64,000 bases of DNA from Heptranchias perlo (taxonomy: Eukaryota), in assembly GCF_035084215.1 (NCBI RefSeq), contig NC_090334.1:44578001-44642000 (forward strand), written 5' to 3'. A program made the translations under genes and the position numbers. Below, piece after piece: positions 1-10,776 of the stretch; the stretch's first letter is position 1, and every line of letters begins with the position of its first letter. The notes beneath the pieces were generated by a model. It saw only the letters and a list, made by a program, of their open reading frames with translations, was not told the origin of the DNA and did not search any database.

Positions 1-773
1 GGCATGGCAGGGCTTCTCTGCTGAAGGTGATCTTAATACCTACACCTAATGTTCCAATTGCTGCAGGACAAAGCACATGGATTATGAAGGAGAGAAAATA
101 CAATTCCTAACCTGTAAATGTGATATCACACTCTGTGCATATATGTTAAATGTGTTCAGAATGTATTGATCAACACAATATTACAGTAATAGAGAGAAAG
201 AAATCAAGAAAACACTGGAAATCCATAGCAGTTTAATGAGCATTTAAAAGGAAAAGAAAGGTTAACTTTTTTTGAGTGAGATCCTTCATTGGAACTGCTG
301 AAGGGTTATTCTTGGAATGCAAGCCTATGTTTCTTGGATATTGATCAACATTTTTGCTTTTAATTTCATGATTTTTTAACAAATCCTGTTGATCTTAGAA
401 GTTAAATCACTTCTGTTTGATTCTTTAAAAAATGGATATCTGCTTTAACTTTTGTTTTCTGAACATTGGATAATGGCAATTTTTCTGTTCTATTGCCATA
501 TTGGGACCTTGTTTTACTGCAGGTAAGGATGGTTGTAAAAAATTTTTAAAGTGTAATAAATGTTTTGGCAGAAGTGCTGGACTTGAAGTTTAAACATTTC
601 AACAAGTACATATGTCTTGAAGCTCTTACTTCATTGCCTTTGTATTGCAGTAAATGTCTTTTTGAAATAGTGGTTCTAACTTCTCTTCAATCCACTAATG
701 ATCCCAAAATAATGCTACACGCAGTACATGTGCGTAACGATTGTAACTCTAACTATTGTTTTTTTTCCTGTAG

Positions 774-930
774 GTACCCCAGTATTTGCAGATTCCGAGG
801 GGATAGTTCGAATGCTGAACAGATCTCTAGGAAACACCTGGATTCCTATTTCTAACACTAGGGATTATTGCAAGGGCAAATCTGATTATTACTGGGTGGT
901 TGGTATACATGAAAACCCTCAGCAGCTCAG
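774..930 (+). CDS. WDHD1: WDHD1 (AND-1/CTF4) internal exon, SepB domain
   Basis: tag|GTACC...CTCAG|gtaaag; translates GTPVFADSEGIVRMLNRSLGNTWIPISNTRDYCKGKSDYYWVVGIHENPQQLR, close to vertebrate WDHD1 as I recall it. Confidence 0.95.
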
Positions 931-1869
931 GTAAAGCAAGTATGCCCATTAGCAGATGTATGATGTGCATTTTTACTTTTTTATCAACATGTAAAGCTGC
1001 CTGCAGAAAGCCTAGCTTCAGGGAGTAACTATTTTGAACCATTTACAGACAAGACTGATAAAACGCCAATTGTATCATAAATTACTTTACATTACAAACT
1101 TTAGAAATTACTTCATCCCTTTTAAACTAGAATAGATTGCAAAAAAAATGGATTTATAACAATTCTATAAGCTTATTTCACTTTTCAGACGGACTTTTGA
1201 ATAATTTGTCTATTAGTGTGCATTTGTACTAATTTAGCATTGGTGCAAAGCAATTTCCTTTTGTTGAAGTCTCGGATAAAATTGGAATACTGAGCACCTG
1301 GTATCTTGCATGTATTGTGTCTGTGTTTATACGACACTCGAGTAATTCTACCTATTGTAATAACTGATGCATAAGTTGCACCTTCACTCAGGGTTTTTAA
1401 TGATCTACATTCCTGGCAGTGTGACTTCACACTGTGGGTACAACTTCTACACTAGTGGAGCTTGTATACTTTTTTTTAAACAATAAGTGAATTTCCTTTG
1501 ATTCAGAAACCCCAGATTTCATAACTCTTCCACTGATTTCAGCTCTATTAAAATGAAAGCTGCTTATTTCTGAATAAAGTAGGGAGTACAGCATGAGCCA
1601 GATGAAAAGTAAAGCTCCTTCAATGCAATATATATTACCCTAACCTAGTGTGTGAAATGGAACCATTCAAACTGGTAAAGCCTCCTAATAACCTGTATGA
1701 ATGCTTCCATTGACCACGCTAGCCATTCTTATGATCGTCTGAATGTGAATGAATACTTTTTGTCAAATTGTGGGCATTTTATAGACCCAAGCTCATTTTT
1801 GAGAGTGCCTGAATTAATTTAATGTAGGTACATACAGCTGATAGACTTTAATTCCTTCCAGCTGGCCTG

Positions 1870-2700
1870 AATTTGCTATCCAGTTTCCTGCATTCTCAGC
1901 AATTTTTCAGCTAAGTGGAAAAATCCATTATGGGTTTGACAGTTCAAAAATACTTGCATTTTATAAAAACACATGCAAACATCACGCTGGTGACCTCTTT
2001 TATAACTTAAGCAAACATTCTGAATTGACTTGGTTGCTGTAGTGCACTGTACTGTTTCTGTAAGAGTGTAAGATGCTGTCCTACCTTATTGCTGGAGGGC
2101 AGAATGGTTAGCACCATAGGTTTCTCCGTGATTTTTTTTTACTGGCCAGAGCCACATTTTAAGTAAAGTAGGCTGGGCAATGCAGTAAAAAAAATCTTGT
2201 TCTAATTATCGAAAAGGTTTATCCAAAAGTATATAGTAAACAAATTGGTAATTATGTGATAAAACTAAAAGACCTACTTAAAATATGTCTAACCCACAGA
2301 ACTAAAATGTCAATTTGCTATCCAGTTTCCTGCATTTTCTGCATTTTTTCAGCTAAGTGGAAAAATCCATTATGGGTTTGACAGTTCAAAAGTACCTGCA
2401 TTTTATAAAAATACGTGCAAACATCACGCTAGTGAGCTCTTTTATTACTTGAGCAAACATTCTCCATCGACTTGCTTGCTGTTGTGCACTGTAGTGTTTT
2501 TGTACGAGTGTAAAATGCTGTTCTGCCCTATTGCTGGAGGGCAGAATGGTTAGCACCATAGGTTTCTCCATGATGACATTTTCTTTACTGACAGGAATCA
2601 CATTTCAAGCAAACAAGGTTGAGCAATACTGACATCATTTTATTGCCCAACCTGCTTTACTATAATTAAAATATGCTGCACCCCTAAAACTAAATTGTCA
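1870..2700 (+). repeat. Diverged tandem duplication (copies ~1870-2311 and ~2312-2700) in a WDHD1 intron
   Basis: Both copies start aatttgctatccagtttcctgcatt, share ttgctggagggcagaatggttagcaccataggtttctcc and end aactaaa(a/t)tgtca. Confidence 0.9.
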
Positions 2701-2715
2701 TTTTATTGTCAACAG

Positions 2716-2830
2716 ATGCATTCCATGTAAAGGATCTAGGTTTCCACCTACACTTCCACGTCCCACAGTAACAATCCTACCACTGAAGCTTCCTTATTGT
2801 CAAACTAGTTCAGAAAAAGGACAAATGGAG
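2716..2830 (+). CDS. WDHD1: WDHD1 exon, SepB domain
   Basis: cag|ATGC...ATGGAG|gtatat; CIPCKGSRFPPTLPRPTVTILPLKLPYCQTSSEKGQME; phase matches the previous exon. Confidence 0.95.
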
Positions 2831-3609
2831 GTATATGATAAATGGCATGCTCTTTTGCACTGATGCAAAGCCTGAAGTGCTCATTAATATAGTTTATTTT
2901 TTACTCAATAGTACTTTAATCTTGTTTGCAAAATCTAAAACCTTGAACTTTATTATTGCTTAATTTCAAAATAAATTTGAAAAAGACAAATCAAGTCATT
3001 ATAAACAAACTTGTGTAAGAAACCATGTTAAGGAGAACCTTTCAATCTGTTTCTGAATCTGAATTGGTGCCTGGCTGATCTCTGAATTTATCAGACAATG
3101 CAACAATAAGTTTATAAGACAGTGCAACAATGAATTAATTTTGAAAAGCAATACATCAAGGAAGATTGGTGAAGATATCTGAATAGTAACTGTTTTTCTG
3201 AGTATGAATTCTTAAACTTCTTAGCAGTGGGGTCCTTTTATAAAATGGATGTGCTTGGAATATTACACAAGCAGAACTATGGCTATAATTAACGTCTAAT
3301 TCATTTATTAACCAAAGTTTTTAAAGGCTATTCTTATCAAACGCTGAGGGTTTTAAATGTGTGGATGTGTTTAGAACTCTGACTCATTTCCAAAGTAAGA
3401 AGCTTGTGAAGACAGTTTAATTTTGAAAACATAGTTATGATTAACTGCCCATAAGGATGTTTTGTAAGATTCGGGGAGGAAGGGGGTGTTACTTTCATCA
3501 TCACCATTTGGCTGGTAAACTGGTGGAGTGAATGAATCAATGGAAATGAAAATCTGGCAGGTTCTATAACTGGTGAGCAGTCCGCTCTGCCAATTTACCA
3601 CCCAAGCAG

Positions 3610-4810
3610 TGAATCATAGAATGATACAATGCATCGGGAGGCCATTCGGCCCATCGTGCCTTTGCCGGCTCTTTGGTAGAGCTATTCAATTAGTCCATTC
3701 CCCTCTTCTTTCCCCATAGCCCTACAAATTTTTTCCCTTCAAGTATTAATCCAATTCCCTTTTAAAAGTTATTTTTGAATCTGCTTCCACCACCCTTTCA
3801 AGCAGTGCATTCCAGATCATAAAACTCACTGCATAAAATTTTTTTCCCTCATGTCACCTCTGGGTTCTTTTGCCGATCACCTTATATCTGTGTCCTCAGG
3901 TTACCGACTCTTTTGCCACTGGAAACAGTTTCTCCTTATTTACTCTATCAAAACCGTTCATGATTTTGAACACCTCTGTCAAATCTCCCCATAACCTTCT
4001 CTGTTCTAAGAAGAATAACCACAGCTTCTCCAGTCTCTCCACATAACTGAAGTCCCGCATCCCTGGTACCAGTCTAGTAAATCTCTTCTGCATCCTCTCT
4101 AAGGTCTTGACATCCTTCCTAAAGTATGATGCCTAGAATTGAATGCAAGACTCCAGCTGAGGCCGAACCAGTGTTCTATAAAGGTTTAGCATAACTTCCT
4201 TGCATTTGTACTCTATGCCTCTACTTATAAAGCCAAGGATCCCATGTGCTTTTTTAACAGCCTTCTCAACTTGTCCTGCCACCTTCACTGATTTGTATAC
4301 GTACACGCCCAGGCCTCTCTATTCCTGCACCCCCTTTAAGATTGTACCATTTAGTTTATATTGCCTCTTCTCGTTCTTCCTACCAAAATGTATCACTTCA
4401 CACTTCTCTGCATTAAATTTCATCTGCCATGTGTCTGCCCATTTCACCAGCCTGTCTATGTCCTCCTGAATTCTGTTACTATCCCCCTCATTTTTTACTA
4501 CATTTCCAAGTTTCGAGTCATCTGCAAACTTGAAATGACACTCTCTATACTCAAGTCCAGGTCATTAATATATATCAGAAAGACAAGTGGTCCTAATACC
4601 GACACCGCTGTAAACTTCCCTCCAGTCTGAAAAACAACCGTTCAGCAATACTCTCTGCTTTCTGTCCCTTAGTCAATTTTGGGCTGGAAACACAATGATC
4701 AAGAAAGTTGTCTTGTACACATTTCAGGAATTCCTCCCCCTCTTTGCCTGTTACACTATCACTATCCCAGTCTATATTACGATAATTGAAGTCCCCCACT
4801 ACTGAAGGGT
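3610..4810 (-). mobile_element. CR1-type LINE, 3' part plus a rearranged endonuclease fragment
   Basis: Minus-strand QKRFTRLVPGMRDFSYVERLEKL and VVGDFNYRNIDW; ATTCTATG-like 3' tail near 3610. Confidence 0.9.
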
Positions 4811-4964
4811 GAGAATTACTGCCACAGAGTTTCTTCCCGTGAGTGAATTTATCCACAGTCAAATATGCATTTGGTGCTACTGCACTGTCGTTACTAATCT
4901 TTGGTAGATGGCATTTTGTTGATAGTATATCATGGGTGATTTAAATTTTTTCCCATCTTCGCAG

Positions 4965-5096
4965 GAGCAGTACTGGCGATCTGTTCTATTTCATAATCAC
5001 TTTGACTATCTGGCAGCAAATAGCTATGAATTTGATGAAGCTGCAAAAACCCAAGTGCTAAAGGAACAGCAGGAACTGCTAATGAAGATGTTTGCT
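4965..5096 (+). CDS. WDHD1: WDHD1 exon
   Basis: cag|GAGCAG...TTTGCT|gtgagt; EQYWRSVLFHNHFDYLAANSYEFDEAAKTQVLKEQQELLMKMFA. Confidence 0.95.
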
Positions 5097-5222
5097 GTGA
5101 GTAAATTCTATATAATGTTCTGCAGCTGTTTCTGCAAATTATATGCATCCTCCCTTTCCTGCCTGTGAAGAGAGAAGTCTGCCAACACCCTGCAAAGAAA
5201 GAACTTTTTGTGATGAATTATA

Positions 5223-5692
5223 GGTGCAATCCCATTTTTAATGCACGTTGGTGCCCCCAATATGCTGCACTGCCAGAATACCTACCTGGGTATGTTAAAC
5301 TAGAACATTTTGGGCTTCTGATTCGCGTCCAATCTTCTTGCTTAAATTCTGCATCGTTTGAGCTTCCGATCCAATCAGTAACAATCAAAATTTGCAATGA
5401 TCTGAAGGAGTTACAGAATACACCATTTTGTAAGGTAAAATGCGAAAGCTGTTAATGTGAGAGCATTGTATCGCTTCCCCCCAATACGTTTACTTTTCAT
5501 TCGCAGCAATAAGTAGTTTCTATAAGTAGAGACCCCTGAGAACTGATACTGGCTTTATATGCTTGCAGTGAATGGGACAACATACTATGGGACTAACAAG
5601 TTACCCTTTTATTATGGCATAATGCACTGGAGACCACATGGGATTCCGACACTGCGCTCTTGTTTATTCCCAAACGGGGTAAATATTGCACC
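5223..5692. mobile_element. Probable non-autonomous DNA transposon (MITE, Harbinger-like)
   Basis: Terminal inverted GGTGCAAT...ATTGCACC flanked by ATA on both sides; interior richer in CpG than the flanks. Confidence 0.4.
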
Positions 5693-6239
5693 ATAGGACC
5701 ATTACGTTCAGGCTGGAAATAATAGTGGATTTATTTAGAAGTTAGATAATTACACAGAAGCAAGGAATTCTAGTAGGAGACAATGCTTGACTTTCACCAT
5801 TCATAAACTGCCCCAGAATAATAACCGTCTGATATCTTACTAATTTTCAATATCTTTTGGCTGAATCTCTGATTAAATATTTTGTGAAACCAGAAAAAAC
5901 ACACGAGACTCAAACAATGCAATGAGAAACAGGAACTCTAGTTACAGCTGCCTTGGTATTGCTTACATTGGGTTCACAAAAGGATGAATTCTATTCATCT
6001 GCTAACATTTCGACTTGAGCACAAAGATGAACCCTAAAAAAGTCCTTATACTTATTTTTGTCAGCATGGTGTGCTCTGTGAAATTTTAATTCCAAAATAC
6101 AAATACACGTTTGTATTTTGGAATTAAAAGGTGAATTTTGTTGACTAATATTGTTTTTTAAATGAAAGTTCTCATTTTAAAAACCATCAAGTTATTTTCT
6201 CTGAGGGGGGAAAATACTAACATTCTGTTTATTGTTTAG

Positions 6240-6448
6240 CTTTCTTGCAAGGTGGACCGTGAATTCCGTTGTGAAGAGCTCTCAGAGTTTATGACTCAGA
6301 ATGTCTTAAATTTGGCCATCAAGTACGCTTCGCGTTCAAAGCATCTAACTCTTGCCCAGCGCCTTAGTGACCTAGCTCAGGAGAAAGCTACAGCGTTGAT
6401 GGCAGTACAAGAGGAAGAAGATGAATTTAGAGCTGAACTAAATGCTGG
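6240..6448 (+). CDS. WDHD1: WDHD1 exon, helical end of SepB
   Basis: tag|CTTTCT...GCTGG|gtacta; LSCKVDREFRCEELSEFMTQNVLNLAIKYASRSKHLTLAQRLSDLAQEKATALMAVQEEEDEFRAELNAG. Confidence 0.95.
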
Positions 6449-7465
6449 GTACTACTACTTTTGTTAATTTGTTGTTACAATGTGTTCCCACCAAATCATG
6501 AGCTGCAGGAAAATGTATTGACGTGATTTCATTTGTTCTATCTGTTCAAGTCATGTTTTGTGTAAGATCACATAAATTATTTGCAAAGCTAAATTTGGTA
6601 TGACTCAAACAAAATTGTAGTTGCACGCATTATACAAAACAGTGGATCACTAGTGGTATGTTTCAGGATGGAATGTGGTTGAGTGAATTACTTCAAACTG
6701 CAAGCTTTACAGTTGTGATTTTATTCAGCCTGAGCACCTCAATAGTATTCCAGCTTGATCAATGAGCCTTTTGAGTTTTGAAACATCTCACCAAAATAAG
6801 CCGTTAGATATTGCTGTGAGTTTCATGTTTCTTGGTGGTTTCCACATTATACTGTATATATTTTTTGTCATTCAAGACCCTGTCATAATATTATTCTGCT
6901 GTTTCACCACTTATCTGAACAAATGTGTAACAGTAAGAATGGGACTACATTTTTTCTTTTCTGAGATTGTCCCTATATTCCTTTTTATGTGAGATACTTT
7001 ATATTATGCTCCTCTTTAGCGAGATTAAAATCTCAAAGTTGTGATTCATTTTGAAATTTCACTTCAGTACCCAGTGTCCATTGATGAAATCTCTTTCTAC
7101 TTCATGAAAGTACTATGAGAGCTACACTACTTAAAATGGAGCTGTAACACCAAGCAACTTTTCATTACTTCGCACAGTGCCAAAAGATGCAATAAACCTC
7201 TTTTGATGCTAATCTTAAAGGAAATATTCCCATATTTAAAACAGTGTATTTTAAACTTTGAATTGATACCAATCTTCATTGATGGGTATCTGGTTGTAAA
7301 ATTGAATCTGTTCAACACTGAAGTTTTTTTCTTCATTCTGCGATGTTTTTGCACAGCACTTGTGCTTTTGAGGTAAGAATCGAAAATGCAGCCTTTTTTG
7401 TTTTCATGTCCCTCCCCCTTCCGTAGTTATATATAATTTAAAGGTTTCATATGTAAATAGTGCAC

Positions 7466-8217
7466 TTTTTTATTCATTCATGGGATGTGGGCGTCGCTGG
7501 CGAGGCCGGCATTTATTGCCCATCCCGAATTGCCCTTGAGAAGGTGGTGGTGAGCCGCCTCCTTGAACCGCTGCAGTCCGTGTGGTGAAGGTTCTCCCAC
7601 AGTGCTGTTAGGAAGGGAGTTCCAGGATTTTGACCCAGCGACGAAGGAACGGCGATATATTTCCAAGTCGGGATGGTGTGTGACGTGCAGGTGATATTGT
7701 TCCCATGTGCCTGCTGCCCTTATCCTTCAAGGTGGTAGAGGTCGCGGATTTGGGAGGTGCTGTCGAAGAAGCGTTGGCGAGTTGCTGCAGTGCATCCTGT
7801 GGATGGTACACGCTGCAGCCACAGTGCGCTGGTGGTGAATGTTTAGGGTGGTGGATGGGATGCCAATCAAGCGGGCTGTTTTGTCCTGGATGGTGTCGAG
7901 CTTCTTGAGTGTTGTTGGAGCTGCACTCATCCAGGCAAGTGGAGAGTATTCCATCACACTCCTGACTTGTGCCTTGTAGATGGTGGAAAGGCTTTGGGGA
8001 GTCAGGAGGTGAGTAACTCGCCGCAGAATACCCAGCCTCTGACCTGCTCTTGAAGTTACAGTATTTATGTGGCTGGTCCAGTTAAGTTTCTGGTCAATGG
8101 TGACCCCCAGGATATTGATGGTGGGGGATTCGGCTATGGTAATGCCGTTGAATGTCAAGGGGTGGTGGTTAGACTCTCTCTTGTTTGAGATGGTCATTGT
8201 CTGGCGCGAATGTTACT
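7466..8217 (-). mobile_element. LINE 3' fragment (CR1/L2 superclade)
   Basis: ORF 7727..8197 ILGVTIDQKLNW...YKAQVRSVMEYSPLAW; same family as 43026-43793 and 62840-64000. Confidence 0.9.
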
Positions 8218-8640
8218 TTGCATGCTTGTACATGAATGTGTAGAAGGCATGCTGTAAGAGATGTGTAAGTGGCTTAAATTTGAGTTACTTGTGAAGCGTG
8301 AGCTGTATTCAAATGAAACACTGTAGAATTAAATTGGTAGCTTGGAAGAGAGCTTTTTGCAATTATGGTTCAATCTGAAATCCAGTAAATCTACATTGTT
8401 CACAGTGGCTTATTAAATTCGTATGAACAACTATTTCGTACTGATTTTAATTGACTGCATCCAAATAAATGAAGCAGCTGCAACTAGCCACAGAACCCAG
8501 CCACTACATGCATTTTCTTTCTGCAATTGCACTGAATTGTTTTGCATACAAAAATTAGTCTTGCTTAATTTAAGCATTTCAAGATGCAAAGCTTAATGGT
8601 CTAAATTTTGCTAGTTATTGAAACTGTCTTCCTCATGTAG

Positions 8641-8804
8641 CTACAGTAGGGCAGTGACCAAATGGAATTCGTCACATGTGCAACCTCCAGCTCAAAGTTG
8701 TGTTGAAAAGGAAGAAGAAGAAAATGAGGAAGGAGTTCAGAATGGTGCAGAAGAAGATGGTAATGATGGAATGGATCCTGAGGAAATACGTTATGCAAAG
8801 AGAA
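8641..8804 (+). CDS. WDHD1: WDHD1 exon, acidic linker
   Basis: tag|CTACAG...AGAA|gtgaga; YSRAVTKWNSSHVQPPAQSCVEKEEEENEEG...IRYAKR; phases consistent with both neighbours. Confidence 0.85.
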
Positions 8805-9250
8805 GTGAGACCAGCTAAATATTCTGAATTTTTAGTTTAGATTACTGGTTGCAGTATGTTCAGCCTAATTATAAGTCTAAATCAATTGTAAGCCTATTTT
8901 TAAAAAACTAGTTGTTTTCCTGTGAGTTTAGTCCCACGAGGACTTCAAATAAAATAAATTGCATCTCTCTTCCTGCAACTGTGTGCATGTCTCCCACTCC
9001 ATCGCTTCATGCATAAGCATAACCTGATACATTTAGTATTTGAGTTCAGAATTTTAAAGTAAATAAATAGATGAATATGTTTGTTCAAATAGATACTGAC
9101 AAATGGTTTCCTGCAATTCCCAAAAATAATCTCTTCGTTTATTTGTGCTGGCAGTTTATGTTTGGAACAAACTCAATATGTGCCTAAAACAGATTCTTAG
9201 TGTTGAGAGTTTATTGAATATAACCAACTCACTGTCCTTCTGTGCTGCAG

Positions 9251-9307
9251 GGTTAAATCCATTTAGTAAAGATCCTGGCTCTATGGAAAAAATTACTCCA
9301 AAATCAG
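9251..9307 (+). CDS. WDHD1: WDHD1 57-nt exon
   Basis: cag|GGTTAAATCCATTT...TCAG|gtgtgt; (R)LNPFSKDPGSMEKITPKS. Confidence 0.8.
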
Positions 9308-9761
9308 GTGTGTAATGCAAAACTATATTTCATGTAGATTATAAATGAGAATAGTTTGGCATTGATGTAATTGCATATTTAAATGTGTGATTAAGAAGTA
9401 TATTGACTTCAGTGTCATTAGGTTTTGGTCAAAAACCAACATCCTATGACTTGGTGTAATGAATTTGTATAGCAGTGTGTCATACCTCACACCATATGCG
9501 TTTGTGCTTGTTGAACTGGCTGGTTAATAGCGCAAGTTGCATTAATGGATCATTCATCACAAACTGAAACCAGATGCTTAATCCAGGATTGCTTCCTTTT
9601 AAATGCCATCTGTGTCTAGATGATCACATCATACAACCACTGATACAGATTTCAATATACTATGGAACAATGTTTAATTTTTTATTAGTGAAATTGGAAA
9701 CCATTATTGGACTTGCGATGTAAGTTCTGGTTTTATAACTTTGTATCTCTCCTGCCAACAG

Positions 9762-9805
9762 TAACTTTTACAAACAGTATTCTTGGACGTGCCAATCCCT
9801 TCAAG
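9762..9805 (+). CDS. WDHD1: WDHD1 44-nt exon
   Basis: cag|TAACT...TTCAAG|gtaaga; (V)TFTNSILGRANPFK, compare human VTFSSQGRVNPFK from memory. Confidence 0.85.
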
Positions 9806-10776
9806 GTAAGAGATGATCGTACATTACCTCAAGATTTTGTGATTGTAAAATATTATCTCTTCTGTAACTAACGTTTGATTGTAGGTGGGGGACAGGTTAG
9901 AAAACAATTTGGTATCCACTTTTGTAACTTGATGTAGCTTATGGACCTAGTCACAAAACCACAATTTGACCTCCCAGAAAATGAAGAGGAAATATATATT
10001 TTTAGGGAAATGTGTAAGGGAAGCTTCTTCCTAGAATTTGAAGAGCAAACTACAGTGACTGACTTTATAATTTTACATCTTAAAAAAAACACTAACTGCT
10101 TAATGGGAATAAACTCTGAAAATAGATGGATTCTGTGTACTAATAAATACTGATGGTGCATGTCTTCCTATCTATTATTTATATTGAGAAACCTAAGTAA
10201 GGGGCTACGGTCTTTAGTACAAGTAAGAATTAAATCAGGAAGTAGTGATTGGGTCGTGCAATGAATTGTAAATTGGAGAAGTAAGTGAAGACTGATGGAG
10301 TTATGGTGTTCTGTATCTTTAAGATGTTGAGAAAGATGAGTTTGAGTAGGAGATAGTTTAGTGAGTCTTGATTTCAGTGCATTGAGGATGCAGAATGGTG
10401 GAAGAGCATGGAAGATAATATTAGCATAAACAAGAGGAAAATTCAGGGGACTATAATAGTTGTGTGAGGTTTGAGGTTAAAGGTGAGCGAAGAGTAATCT
10501 TATCTGACAATGAGCTTTTCCTTTTATCTTGTGTAGAGTGCAAGAGAGCCTCTTCAAGTCTGGGAGCAGTATTAAAGTTTTGAATATTAGGGAACTATAA
10601 TATGGTGATGAGGTAGGATAATTTGATATGAAAGCCAAACACAAATATATTTTGAGGCAGTTTTAGCAATGCAGAAGATGGGAGATTTCTTTTTATCAGA
10701 GGAGATGGTGAGATGAAGAATTTAAATAGATGAAGAAGAACTAAATGTAGAGTCACTTAAAATAAGAGTTGATACC

